Below, piece after piece: positions 27,601 to 42,724 of a stretch of 64,000 nucleotides of DNA. The DNA lies in the NCBI GenBank assembly GCA_964016885.1, contig OZ024742.1, positions 321,966,001 through 322,030,000 of the forward strand, read 5' to 3'. Numbering within the stretch: the first letter of the stretch is position 1; each line of letters begins with the position of its first letter. The notes beneath the pieces were generated by a model. That model worked only from the letters and a program-made list of their open reading frames with translations. It was not told the origin of the DNA and did not search any database. The position numbers and the translations under genes are program-made. The DNA comes from Eledone cirrhosa. Lineage: Eukaryota.

Positions 27601-27815
27601 TCCTACATCCAGAGTTGACATTGCACTCAGTGCTCTTGTGGGAGCCCCTACACGGACACACTGGAAGAGGAAGACCAAGGTTAACGTATATTGATGCCCT
27701 AAGGACAGACACTGGTCTGTTGGAGACGCAGGACATGGCAGCGATAATGAGGGACAGAGACCGCTGGAGAGAACTCGTCCATGGATCTCGGGAATTTTAC
27801 CCGCCCTAGATAGAT
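24694..27815 (+). mobile_element. RTE-group (RTE/RTEX/Proto2-like) LINE, near full length, decayed
   Basis: Short 5' UTR, one APE+RT ORF, and a stop followed at once by a (TAGA/TA/TTA) tail. Confidence 0.85.
24892..27809 (+). pseudogene. APE endonuclease-reverse transcriptase ORF with frameshifts, stops and an internal RT deletion
   Basis: GTLNVKT, IQEHR, LGDFNAH, QIDFIL, GSDH; VPVPKKGD..NYR.ISL, QNGFR.GRST, FIDFRKAFDSV, FADD, GLRMNETKTK, F.YLG, LLYGSET, LWEPLHG..GRGRP, M.DR..WR. The GVxQG motif is missing near 27030. Confidence 0.88.
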
Positions 27816-27848
27816 ATATAGATATATTATTATTATTATTATTAATAT

Positions 27849-28250
27849 AGGCGATGGATTGGCAGTATTGGTAGAGGGTCGGACGCCATGCTTTCCAGCA
27901 TAGTTACGTCCCTTTACAGTCTGAGTTCAAATCTCGCCGAGGTTGACTTTGCCTTTCATCCTTATGGGGTCGATAAAATAAAGCACCAGTAGTGCACTGG
28001 GTAATTGCTGGCCTTGTGCCTAAAGTAGAAACAATTATTAATATATATATTTAAGGGCGGTGGATTGGCAGTATCGGTAGAGCGTCGGACGCCATGCTTT
28101 GACGTATAGAGTTACGGTCCTTGCCATTCTGAATTCAAATCCCGCCGAGGTTAACTTTGCCTTTCATCCTTACGGGGTCGATAAAATAAAGTACCAGTAA
28201 TGTACTGGGTAATTGCTGGCCTTGTGCCAAATATAGAAACAATTATTATT
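27849..28250 (+). mobile_element. Two tandem full-length tRNA-head SINEs (27849-28040 and 28055-28250)
   Basis: Each runs GGCG.TGGATTGGCAGTAT.GGTAGAG...TTCAAAT...GCCTTTCATCCTTA.GGGGTCGATAAAATAAAG...AGAAACAATTATTA. Confidence 0.88.
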
Positions 28251-28252
28251 AA

Positions 28253-28688
28253 TGGTGTAGGACAGAACAAAGGAGAGGCACAAAAACAAAGAAAGGAATC
28301 CCCAGTCACTGAAGAGGTCACAGAGTGTGTGACGAAAGAACTATGACAATATATAAACAACTATCTGGTTGTTTTTGTGCCTCTCCTTTGTTCTGTCCTA
28401 CGCCATCTTGTTTTTGTGTGTGTGACAACACACACACAAAAACAAGATGGCGTAGGACAGAACAAAGGAGAGGCACAAAAACAAAGAAAAGAATCCCCAG
28501 TCACTGAAGAGGTCACAGAATGTGTGACGAAAGAACTTTGACAATATATAAACAATCATCTGGTTGTGGAACCAACCAACCAACCGGAAATTTATAAATT
28601 CCTAAATTTATAAATTTATTATAATAAATTGAAGTGAAAGCAACTGGTGCGTGTGTTTCTTATTGGCAACATGACCCTCCCAAAGTAT

Positions 28689-28695
<7 letters not shown>
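28253..28695 (+). mobile_element. PLE pLTR partial tandem with two hammerheads (28304-28348, 28499-28543) and an internal inversion
   Basis: Same family as 20930-21195. 28369-28425 is inverted relative to 28426-28485. Confidence 0.8.
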
Positions 28696-28723
<28 letters not shown>

Positions 28724-29127
28724 CAAGAGTCGGGACCCCGACGACTGAGCTCTTGTCGTTTCAACAACTAGTTCCAGACTCGGAACTAGCTGTTGAAACA
28801 GCAAGAGCTCAGCTGTCGGAGACCCGACACTTTATAATATAACCATACTCTACTACTCCAAGTATTGAATATTCTGGTGGAAAAAAAGGAAATGAAAGGA
28901 GAAAAATCAAGTGTTTTTTTCTTTTCTTTTCCATTTTTTAAAGATTTTATATTGAGACCTATACAATATAGATATACTTATATTGGAGGAACCTTAAATT
29001 AAAACATATACGGTTTGTGTACACTTAGAATGTCTGACAGCTACCCCGATACTAGCATGAATTGGTGGCGTGATTTTGAAAATATGAGGCGAGAGAAATT
29101 GAAAGAAAGGAAGAAAGTTTTAAATAC

Positions 29128-29227
29128 TTGTTTCTACTTTAGGCACAAGGCCAGCAATTACCCAGTGCATTACTGGTACTTTATTTTATCGACCCCGTAA
29201 TGATGAAAGGCAAAGTCAACCTCGGCA
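29128..29227 (-). mobile_element. 5'-truncated tRNA-head SINE
   Basis: 3' half of the window's dominant SINE family. Confidence 0.8.
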
Positions 29228-29279
29228 AAATACTGACTGGCAGAAAGTGGAAGTATTTTTTTAATATTGGTTGACTGAG

Positions 29280-29329
<50 letters not shown>

Positions 29330-29895
29330 GAAAGGGTTAAAGTGAGGCTGACTGATGGGTTGAAAAAGAGATGTACAGATGCAGAGAGAAGGGGAGAGAG
29401 GGGGAAGAGAGAGAGAGGAGGGGGAGAGAAAGAGAGATGAACAGAAATAAAATCAGCTATGAAGAGAGAGGTTTATAGAAATATAGAGAGGGTGAGAGGA
29501 AGAGAAAGAAAGAGAGAGAGAGAGAGAGTAAGAACGCGGTTCCTCAGTGCTTGTCCTTCATGATCAGCAGTCAATGTGGTTACGTCATGAGCACGTGAGG
29601 TTGACGTGACGATACGTCAGAAGCACGTGTCGTATCTGGTAAACTATCCCCAGGGGTGCTGTTAGGAGTAAGCTGGGTATGTAGGTAGGTGGACAGTGTT
29701 AGCAGGGGAGTTAGAGTAACAGGGTTTTCTCTTCTGTGATATAGAACTGTTATGATGACACAGTCGACGATGATGACGATGATGACGATAATGACGATGA
29801 TGATATGGCTTTTAAGATAGTAGATTGTTTTTAAAAACTTTATATTATAATTTGAATTTATTTTTATAGTTTTAAGGAAATGATAGAAAGGAAAT

Positions 29896-29978
29896 GTTCT
29901 AAGACATTTACAGTTCCAAGACATTTACAGTTCCAAGACATTTACAGTTCTAAGACATTTACAGTTCTAAGACATTTA
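29896..29978. repeat. Tandem 17-mer GTTC(T/C)AAGACATTTACA, about 5 copies
   Basis: Read directly. Confidence 0.9.
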
Positions 29979-30503
29979 GTTTTAAATTAAAAAACAATCA
30001 TAAACAAAAATATTTCAAATAACAACACTACAGATATTTAAAAACGGAAAATGAATGGAAGAGCAAGAACTAAAGAAGGAGTTTTGTTTACATTGCTAAT
30101 GACTCATTAACTGCTTAATGAACAAAACCACAAGGATATGGTCCGAACGTGGAAGAGCCGAACTCCCACTGCCACCGCCTCCATCTCTCTCGCCTAGCCC
30201 ATCTCTCCGTATGGTGAGCAAATGGGGTCCAACGTGCTGGCCTCCCCACAGCCCAGGCGGACAGAATGGAGAAGGCGTTTCCCCGAACGATTCTAGGGTG
30301 ACAGAAGAATGGAATGGTGAAGAGGGAGGGTGGTGAGCTCTGTAGAGTGCCGGGTTAAACAGATCGCAGTGGCTATGTCATTTCTTCCTCAGCGTTCCGT
30401 GTTCAAATCACGCTGGAGGTTGACAGCTTTTCATCGCTACAAAAGTTTGGTGGGATTGATTAAAACAAAACAAAATTTTAAAAATTACTATCGATATATT
30501 TAA

Positions 30504-30908
30504 CCCTTTAGCCTCTAAACCAGCCGTATCCGGCCAGAATTCTCTCACCTTTTTCTGTTCAAACCGGCTGTAACTGACCACTCATGCTGATGTTCAGGTA
30601 TTGTTCTCAAAATAAATAATAACAAAATCTCATAGATTCAATATTATGTGAGATAATTATGTGAAATAAGGTGTTTACCATGAAAATATAATTGTTTCTA
30701 CTTTTGGCACAAGGTCAGCAATTACCTGAGTGTATTACTGGTACTTTATTTTATCGACCCCGTAAGGATGAAAGGTAAAGTTAACCTCGGCGGGATTTGA
30801 ACTCAAATCATAAAGGGCCGTAACTCTTTGCTGCAAAGCATGGCGTCAGACCCTCTACCGATACTGCCAATCCAATAGTAAATATAAAGTAATGTAAAAT
30901 CTAAAGGG
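30504..30908. mobile_element. piggyBac-type MITE interrupted by a SINE (about 30689-30875, minus)
   Basis: TTAA-CCCTTTAG...CTAAAGGG-TTAA. The uninterrupted inverted sister copy is at 31260-31436. Confidence 0.75.
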
Positions 30909-30922
30909 TTAAAGTAACAAGT

Positions 30923-31255
30923 TGGTGGATTCGCGGAATCGTTAGAGTGTTGGACAACATGCTTTACGTTCTGAGTTCAAATCCGTCGATGTCGACTTTG
31001 CCTCTCATCCTTCCGGGGTCGATAAAATAAAGTACCAGTCATGTGCTGGTGTTTATGTAAGTGATTCCCAGCCACTTCAAATTGTTAGCCATGTTTCTAA
31101 ATTAGAAATCAATATATTCTAAGGGAAAGCATGCGGTCAAATGGTTAAGGAGTTGTGCTCAGGATAAAAAAAGTTGGGGTTTCAATCCTTGACTTGTGCG
31201 GTGCGTTGTAACCTTAAGCAAAGCACTCCATTTCACAGTGTTCCAGTTCAATTAC
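30923..31255 (+). mobile_element. Older SINE (30923-31115) followed by a CORE-like SINE head (31125-31255)
   Basis: GAGTTCAAATCC..GTCGACTTTGCCTCTCATCCTTCCGGGGTCGATAAA, then TGGTTAAGG..GTTTCAATCC..GCGTTGTAACCTTAAGCAAAGCACTCCATTTCAC. Confidence 0.65.
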
Positions 31256-31259
31256 TTAA

Positions 31260-31436
31260 CCCTTTAACATTTACATTACTCTATATTTACTATTGTATTT
31301 TCATGGTAAAGGCTTTATCTCACATAATTATATGACATAATATTGAATCTACGAGATTTTGATGTTATTTATTTTGAGAACAATACCTTAACATCAATAT
31401 GAGCGGCTGGTTACAACCAGTTTGAACAGAAAGAGG
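31260..31436. mobile_element. piggyBac-type MITE, inverted sister of 30504-30908
   Basis: TTAA-CCCTTT...AAAGAGG-TTAA. The interior is the reverse complement of the first copy. Confidence 0.7.
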
Positions 31437-31631
31437 TTAAAAGTACCCAAAGCAACAATCTATGTTGTGACCCTTTCCTCAGTGCCAAATTTCATTGCTT
31501 TGTCCATGGACCCACGGTGCAGGCAGGGCTGTGGGGTTAAAGTATGGACTAGATATCGGCCATTGACGGACAGATTCCTTTTAATGCCGGTTAAATTCAA
31601 CAACAACAATAACCAGCACAACAACAAGAAG

Positions 31632-31687
<56 letters not shown>

Positions 31688-31912
31688 ACACCGCATAACA
31701 ACCATCAACACAACAATAACTATCAATATAACAACCAGCACAAGAACAACAAATATCAACGCAACAACCAGCACAATAGTAACAACAACAGCATCAATAA
31801 TAACAGCAACAACAACAGCAACAACAACCAGCACAACAACAACAAGCACAACAACAACAGCAACAACAACAAGCACAACAACAATTTGCACAACAACAAC
31901 CAGCAGACCACC

Positions 31913-31953
<41 letters not shown>

Positions 31954-33603
31954 GCGCAACAACAAGCACAACAACAAGCACAACAGCAGCCATCAGCACA
32001 GCAACAACAACCTGATGGTGGTGATGGTGGGGGTTGATGATGGGATAGTGGTGGTGGTGGTGGGATAGTGGTGATGGTGGTGATGGTGAGGGGTGATGAT
32101 AGGATAGTGGTGATGGTGGTGTTGGTGGGGGGGGGGGATAGTGGTGATGGTAGGGGTTGATGGTGTGGGTGATAATGGGATAGTGGTGGTGGTGGTGGGA
32201 TAGTCGTGATAGTGGTGATGGTGAGAGGTGATGATGGGATAGTGGTGATGGTGGTGTTGGTGGGGGGTGGTGATGGTGATGGGGGGTGAGGTGATGGGGT
32301 GTGGGGTGGGGTGATGGTGATGATGGTGGAGTGATGGTGGGGTGGTGGTGGGGTGCTGGCAGTGTTGTTGGGTGTTGGACTACATACGCCACAATGTTTC
32401 TCATGACGATTGTTTAAATGAGTTAATAACGAGACAAACATCTTTGTAAGTCATCATACATCTTACTACAGGCATACCACCACCACCACCACCACATACA
32501 TCACACCACCACCACCACCACCACCACCACCACCACCACCACCACCACCACCACCACATACATCACACCACCACCACCACCAACTACATCAACAACAACA
32601 ACAACTACATCAACCATCACACAGACCACCACCATCACAACCACCACCACCACCAACTACATCAACCATCACACACCACCACCACCACATCCTTCATACC
32701 ACTACCACCACCAACTACATCAACCATCACACACCACCACCATCAACTACATCAGCCACTAGAACCACCACCACACCACCACCACCAACCACCACAACCA
32801 GCACCACAACACCACCACCACCACCACCACCACCACCACCACCACCACCAACACCAACCACCACCACTACTACCAACACCAACACCACCACCACCACCAA
32901 CAACAACAACACCACACCACCACCACATCCATCACACCACCACCACCCCCAACTACGCTTCACAACCATCACCACTACTATCGCAGACACCACCTCCACT
33001 GCTATACCAACACCTACGCCGCAATTGTTGCTGCCAACACATTACAAGACACCCACCATTAATACTGTTGCTATCACCACCACCACCACAATCACCTCCA
33101 CCACCACCACCAACACCACTATCAGCACCATAACTACCACGCCCCTGCCCTCTCCACCTTTACCACTACTACCAGCAACAACTAAAACACCATCACCACC
33201 AACAACAACACACCACCCCCACCCCCACCACCCATACCCACCCCCCAAACCACCACCACCAATCACCACTACACCCACCACCACCAACCACCAATACCCC
33301 TCCCCCCCACCATCCACCACTACCCCACACCCCCACACCACACCACCACCACCACCACCACACCACACCACCACCACCACCACACCACCCCCACCACTAT
33401 CCCCACCACACCACCACCACCACACCACCACCACCACCACCACCACAACCACCACTATCCCCACCACCACCACACCACCACACCACACCACCACCACCGC
33501 CATCAACACACCGGTCGTTCACCTAGAGTTTATATATCTCGATCCTCTCATTACAATCAATTTTATCATTATCAACTTCATCATCATCATCATTGTCAAT
33601 TTC

Positions 33604-33651
<48 letters not shown>

Positions 33652-34012
33652 AGCACCGTCATCATCGTCATCAACATCATCACTATGATCATCATTATAA
33701 TTATCGTTCTCATCTTCACCACCACCATCGTCCTCTTTATGACTATCCTCATCGTCATCGTCAATTTCACCAACTTCAACATCATCATCATCGTTATCAA
33801 CATCATCGTTATCAACATCATTATCAACATCATCATCATCGTCATCATTTATCTCTGTCATCGTCATCATAAACGTGACAATTACTTTCACCCCACCACC
33901 GCCATCATCACAACCATCATTCCCACCAATATGCCCATTACTCCTACTACAGCCACAACCACCATCACCTTCACTACTACTCCTACTACCACTACTACTG
34001 CCACTACTACTA

Positions 34013-34199
34013 CAGGTAAAATTCCGTTATAACGAATACCATTATAACGAATTTTTTAGTATAACGACATTTTTTTTAAATCCTCGAGGTAATAACAAAC
34101 AAACGCTCGATTTGTTTCGGTCGATCCTGTTATAAAGAATTTTTCGTTACAACGAATTTTTTAATAACCCTTGAATTTCGTTATAACGGAATTTCACTG
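34013..34199. mobile_element. Tigger/pogo-type MITE
   Basis: TA-CAGGTAAAATTCCGTTATAACGAA...TTCGTTATAACGGAATTTCACTG-TA. Confidence 0.8.
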
Positions 34200-34486
34200 T
34201 ACTACTACTACTACTACTACAAATAATAGTTTCTTCATTTGGCACAAGACCAACAATATTAAGAGCGAGGGAGAGCCGATCATATCGATCTCAGTGTGTT
34301 ACTGGTACTTTATTGATCTCATAAGGATGAAAGGCTAAGCTAGCCTCGACGGGATTTGAACATAAAGAGCCGTAACTATATGTCGCGAAGCATGTTTCCG
34401 ACGCTCTACTGATTACTGCCATTGCTATCACCAGCACAACAATAGCTACCACTATAATCATACTAAAACTACCACCAGAGCCAATA

Positions 34487-34661
34487 CAGTAAAATTCCGT
34501 TATAACGAAATTCACATGGTATAAAAAAAATTCGTTGTAAAGAAAAATTCTTTATCAACCGAAACAAATGGAGTGTTTGTTATTACCTAGGGGATTGAAA
34601 AGAAATTCGTTATACTGAAAAATTCGTTATTATAGTATTCGTTATAACGGAATTTTACCTG
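34487..34661. mobile_element. Tigger/pogo-type MITE, inverted sister copy
   Basis: TA-CAGTAAAATTCCGTTATAACGAA...TTCGTTATAACGGAATTTTACCTG-TA. Confidence 0.8.
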
Positions 34662-35229
34662 TATCACCACTAACACAACCACCACTAGCATCACCTCTAA
34701 CACAACATATACAACGACCACCACCACCACTACTACCACTACTACTACTACCACCAGTACTACTACTACTACCACCACCACTACCACTACTACCACTACT
34801 ACTACCACCACTACTACTACTACCACCACCACTACTACCATCACTACCAACAACAACAACCTAACTCCAACATTACTACGACTAATACACAATCAGCCCT
34901 ACTGCTAAAATGACTGCCACCAATACAACTACAACCACCACAACTACCACCACGTCCACCACCACTGCCACCACCATTATCACTACAACCACCATCACTA
35001 CCACTGCTACCATCACCACCGCTAACACTACTACCACCATCACCACCACCTCCCACTAACACCACTACTACTACCAAAACCACCTTCACCACTACCACCT
35101 CCACAAATACCATAATCAGTATCACCACAACTACCACCACCACTACCACCATCACTATCACTACTACAACCACCACAACCACTATCGCCATTACTACTAC
35201 TACTACTACTTCCAAACCTCTAATTACAC

Positions 35230-35795
35230 CACGGTACTATAGGTTAATACACTACACTGTAATATAGTAAAGTGTTGTGTTCTATAGTACAGTGTGGTGT
35301 GCTATATTGCAGTGTAGTATACTATAGTGCCCTGTAGTGTGCTATAGTACAGTGTAGTGTACTGTTGTGGGCTATAGTATCCTATAGTGTACTGTTGTGT
35401 AATGTAGTGTAACGTAGTATTCTAAAGTACACTACACTATAATATAGTAAAGTACGGTGTAGTGTACTGTAGTGTACTATAGAGTCCTGTAGTGTCCTAT
35501 AGTACAGTGTAGTGAACTGTACTGTCTTATAGTACGATGTTGTGTATTATAGTGTTATATAGTGTACTATAGTACGGTGTAGTGTACTATAGTGTACTGT
35601 AGTGTACTATAGTAGTGTATTATAGTGTACTCTAGTGCCTTGTAGTGTCCTATAATACGGTGTAGTGTACTACAGTGTCTTATAGTATAGTGTAGTGTAC
35701 AATAGTGTACTGTAGTATCCCATAATATGGTCGAGTGTACTGTAGTGTGCTATAGTGTATTGTAGTATACTGTAGTACATTACACTGTACTATAC
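35230..35795. repeat. Degenerate (TAGTG/TACTA) pentamer satellite
   Basis: Repeating AGTGTACTATAGTGT variants. Confidence 0.85.
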
Positions 35796-37181
35796 ATCAT
35801 TATGATGTACTTTCCAATTTTCACAAACCTATACCTCGGCTGATTTAGCCTGAGTTGGTTTTAGTGAGTTTGAAACGACTATATCTGTTGACTGTTTTAG
35901 AAAATTCCAGACTACCTCCTTTAGTCTTGTTCTAAAAGTCTAATGTCTGACTTTAGCCTGAAGACTCATTAGGTTGGTGCTTAAACCGATTTCCTTAGCG
36001 TTAAGCGACACCCCCTGGAAAAGACGCTAGTCCACCGCAGGGTTAAATCCCCAGCTACTGCTGGTATTCATTTTTAACCGAGTATACTGGAACAACGTGA
36101 AATGAAGTGTTTTGACGATGATATCCTGTCAATCACTGAAAAAAGTTATTTTCTCATCGTGTCGGGTGTTTTTTCTTTGGCTGTTTTCATTATAGTTGTT
36201 TATTCCCCACTGATCTAATCTATAATAGTGTGAGTGTATGTCTGTGAAACATATACATGTACACCAGGTTCAAACACAAAGGAACCAAACTGCCACTGTC
36301 ACTGCCTCCTTCTCTCCCGCTCTCCCCATCTCTCACTATTATGAGCAAATGGGGGCCCACGCGCTGGCGGCCCATCGACCCCGGCGGACAGAATGGAGAA
36401 GGCGTTTCCCCAGAGGATGGCGAGGGAGACGTGATGAAAGAGCCATTCCAGCTCGTGAGGCTCACACCATCGGGGAGCCAACTCTGTACCGATGGTGGTG
36501 AGTAGGGAGGTGACCCTAGGGCCAAGGACACCAGAAGTGTCCACTGCTGCCGAGAGTGACCGATGTGAATGCAATTTCGTTTTTCTTTATATCGTTAATT
36601 CTCCATAGATATGGTTTAATATTGCTGTAACTATATAAACTATGGCTGTCACGACGATTACAATGCAGTGGTTAGGAAACCAAACCCACTTCCTTACGGT
36701 TGTGTGTTTAACACACTAGCCATTAAGGACCATCAGACATTGAGACTTTTATTTCCCCCCAGGGATTTTAGATCATGAGTGAATCTCCACTTCATATCAT
36801 ATAGAACCATTCATTTCATTTTAATCCACGTCTTGCCAGGCGTTGTTGAGAGAGAGGGGGGGGCAGAAAGAGAGAGTGGAAGAGATGAATAAAGACAAAG
36901 ACAGAGAGATGGGACAAAAGCAGAAAGATACAGAGATAAATATGGAAAGACAGATGAGAGATACGGAGATGGGGGGTGGACTGAGAAAAGGACAGGGAAA
37001 ATGAGACAGATACAGAGATAGAATGAGAAAGCGGGGCGACGCAGACAGAGAGAGTAAGAGTCATGTGGGGCAGAGAGAGGGAGGACGGACGGAGAGAATC
37101 AGACAATGACAGAGAGGGAGAGAGAGAGAGGAGAGAGGTGGGGTGATAGATAGTTAGAGAGAGAAGGGGCAGAGAGAAAGT

Positions 37182-37230
<49 letters not shown>

Positions 37231-37338
37231 AGAGAAAGTGATAGATATGTTTCTTTATTAGCCACAGGGGCACAAAAGAAGGGGACAAATACAAAGGGGG
37301 AAGTTTACATACAATAAAAACGTGTAAATAGAGAGAAA

Positions 37339-37494
<156 letters not shown>

Positions 37495-37662
37495 ACCAGA
37501 TTCAGAATGAGAGAAATACAGAGAAATAAAGAGGGAGAGACATGGGAAAGAGAGAATGTGTGAAAATCATCTGCTTCCCCTTCTCTCTGGTCAGATTATC
37601 GTTGTTGTTAAGTGTATTCAAGTGAAAAGCCATAACAACAACGCCATTTTAAGCCAAGTGAA

Positions 37663-37873
37663 CGGTATATACAAGCTTAGAAAATTCAACACTGGCCATA
37701 CTTAAGAACATATATACATACACATGGACACACACACACATTCACACACATACACACTCATACACATACACACACAAGCACACACACACACACATATATA
37801 CATATATGTGTGTGATATATGTGTGTGCGTGTGTGTGTGTGTGTGTTGTGTGTATGTGTGTGTGTGTGCGTGC

Positions 37874-37926
<53 letters not shown>

Positions 37927-38030
37927 AGTGTGTATGTGTGTGAATGTGTGTGCGTGTGTGTGTGCATGTGTATGTATATATATTCTAAAGTATAGCCAGT
38001 GTTGAATTTTCTAAGCTTGTATATACCGTA
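37663..38030. repeat. Fold-back: ~55-bp unique inverted arms around mirrored (CA)n/(TG)n
   Basis: CGGTATATACAAGCTTAGAAAATTCAACACTGGC ... GCCAGTGTTGAATTTTCTAAGCTTGTATATACCG. Confidence 0.8.
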
Positions 38031-38091
38031 TATATATATATATTATTCAGAATATTAATAAATGAAGACATTCACATACTCATAATATATG

Positions 38092-38154
38092 TTTTATTAT
38101 ATATATTTCGAAGGTACTGTGCTGTTTTTTTAGCACGTCCTCGTCAGATAAAAT
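38092..38154 (-). ncRNA. Minimal hammerhead-like motif (family of 6707 and 8237)
   Basis: Minus strand: ATTTTAT-CTGACGA-GGACGTGCT..AGCACAGTACCTTC-GAAA-TATA-TA-TAATAAAA. Confidence 0.5.
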
Positions 38155-38464
38155 ACATGAATTATATATATATATATATACAGAAACCCATGAAGCTAGA
38201 TTTAACACCTTTCTAGTGGGTCCGGGTATGATTTTACATTCATTTAAATTATTGATGTATTGTTTTATTGATATTTTTTATCTGTTTGTCCCGAATCTTC
38301 CTTTATCGATTTTTTATCGTATGGTTGATTGTAGACTTGTTCTATATGTGACGGTATTTTAACGATAGTTATAGCTCTGATTCATCTGAATTATTGAGCC
38401 CTCTGCCGCTCATTTCGAATTTTGTTTATCGTGAACTCGTGCGCCGATTTTTCGATACTCGATC

Positions 38465-40823
<2,359 letters not shown>

Positions 40824-41159
40824 CGATATATATATATATTACCATCTTTGTTTGTTTACTGTCTCGCTCGTTCCCCCTATTTACGTGTCCCAACGACTTT
40901 TTTTACCCGTTGCTCCCACCAACCAGAGGTATATGGTCTTTAAAGCGATGAAATACCAATGATGGGTGGAAGATCACTGATGAAGGACTACTTTTATTCA
41001 TATGTAACCCATGTGCAACCACGCAGCACGCCATGTTTTCATATTTTATATATATATATATATAATTCCACCTCACTCCGACTGACGCCTCCCCTCCTAC
41101 TCTCTCTTTATATATAATTCGACTTCAGTCTCTCTCTCCCATTCTCGCCTTCCATCCCA

Positions 41160-41251
<92 letters not shown>

Positions 41252-41696
41252 CCACTTCTCTCCTTCTCTCCTCCTCGTTTCTCCCTATCCCTATATAATT
41301 CCACCTCTCCCCGGTCCTCCCCTTCCCTCTGTATATATATACGCGTAATTCCACCTCACTTCTGCTCTCCCTTTCCCTCCCTCCCTCTCTCTCTATATAT
41401 GTAATTCCCCCTCTCCCTTTCTATCCCTCTTTCTCTTTCTCTCTGTTTTCACCATTTTGACAGTTCCACATTCGATCTCTTCGCCCCAACTGACAGACAG
41501 TTGTTGAAATAATGACAAGGAAAGACCCTTTCTGCCACCGCTATAAACGTTATTTCTAGAGATTTCTCGAATGAGAGGAGGCTGTGGAAGGGGGACTCAG
41601 TCTCTCTCTCTTTCTCTCTCTTTTTCTCTCTCTCACACTCTCTCTTATTCTCTCTCTCTCTTTCTCTCTCTCACACACATACACACAGACACACAC

Positions 41697-41801
<105 letters not shown>

Positions 41802-41824
41802 TATATATATAGGTATGGAATAGA

Positions 41825-42155
41825 CCTGCATCGGTTTCGACAATGAGTGTTTCAATGTTTCAATGGAACAGTCAACTCCTGAAATAAACTTTTAAGTGGC
41901 TCAGCATTCCACAGACACGTGTACTCTTAAGTGAGATTCAACATGATAGATAGTGTGACATGACTGGCCCTATAACTTACTGACACAGTCCATCCGATGA
42001 GCTTCCTGTTTCCGTCTACCCATTTTCACTCACAGAACATGGGTCGGTCACAGACAATGGTAATGATGCTTGCCCAAGATACCACGGAGTGGGATCGATC
42101 TCGGAACCTAATGGTCCTGAAGCGAATTTATTAAACATCTAGAAATGCTGCACCC
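41825..42155 (-). mobile_element. CORE-like tRNA-head SINE, diverged
   Basis: Minus strand GGTTCCGAGATCGATCCCACTCCGTGGTATCTTGGGCAAGCATC..GTGAGTGAAAATGGGTAGACGGAAAC. Related pieces near 47405-47720 and 35990-36120. Confidence 0.65.
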
Positions 42156-42349
42156 ATCGATTGTTCGATTTTGTTTTGAAACGTTTCCATTTCACATTTG
42201 AAAAGGGAGTAATAGCCTTGAAGTATCACGTTGAAATATACTGGGTAAAACATTACTTTGTTTTATTTGTCATACTTTGGCCATTATATATTTCTACCGC
42301 ATTGTAGCGGCTTCGTGAAAACCATCAGTCATTTATTACACACACACAA

Positions 42350-42724
42350 AGAGACAGAAATCAAGATATTCAAAAAAGAATACCTCAGACTTGTAATGTT
42401 GTCTAAATCGAATGTAAGGAATAACGTGTTTCCCGTACGCTATAGGGCAGGAGTTATTAAATGGGGTAAAGATGAATTGATAGAAAAATTAGGAAATTGA
42501 TGACAGTGTATAAAGAACTCCACCCAAAGAATATTGTCGCAAGACTTTTTGTTGAAAGAAAATTGTGTCAAAAGTGAAGAAAGCAACTTAGTTTGGTACG
42601 TTAGGGATCTAACACGTCAAAAGTAAGTAATCTCGAAACATGATGCAGTAACAGCTGATGAATACAAGAAGAGAATGAAAAAGGAACTTTCATGCATTGA
42701 TTGGGAAAAGAGCTGGACGTGGCT
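42350..42724 (+). pseudogene. R4/Dong-clade non-LTR retrotransposon relic (post-RT region, multiple deletions)
   Basis: KKEYLR; VRYRAGVIKWGKDEL; LMTVYKELHPKNIVARLFVERK; CVKSEESNLVWYV; IDWEKSWTWL. Confidence 0.7.

Larger units (their letters stand above)
31598..35215. repeat. Large trinucleotide low-complexity block: (AAC)n, (GGT)n, (ACC)n, (ATC)n, (ACT)n
   Basis: Read directly. It explains the poly-T/H/P/V ORFs in this interval. Confidence 0.9.

Noticed and set aside
27849-28250. tRNA genes
   Set aside because: The box A/B-like heads run into SINE bodies and no full cloverleaf forms.
31422-34032. Mucin- or extensin-like genes
   Set aside because: Trinucleotide low-complexity DNA open in several frames on both strands and interrupted by MITEs.
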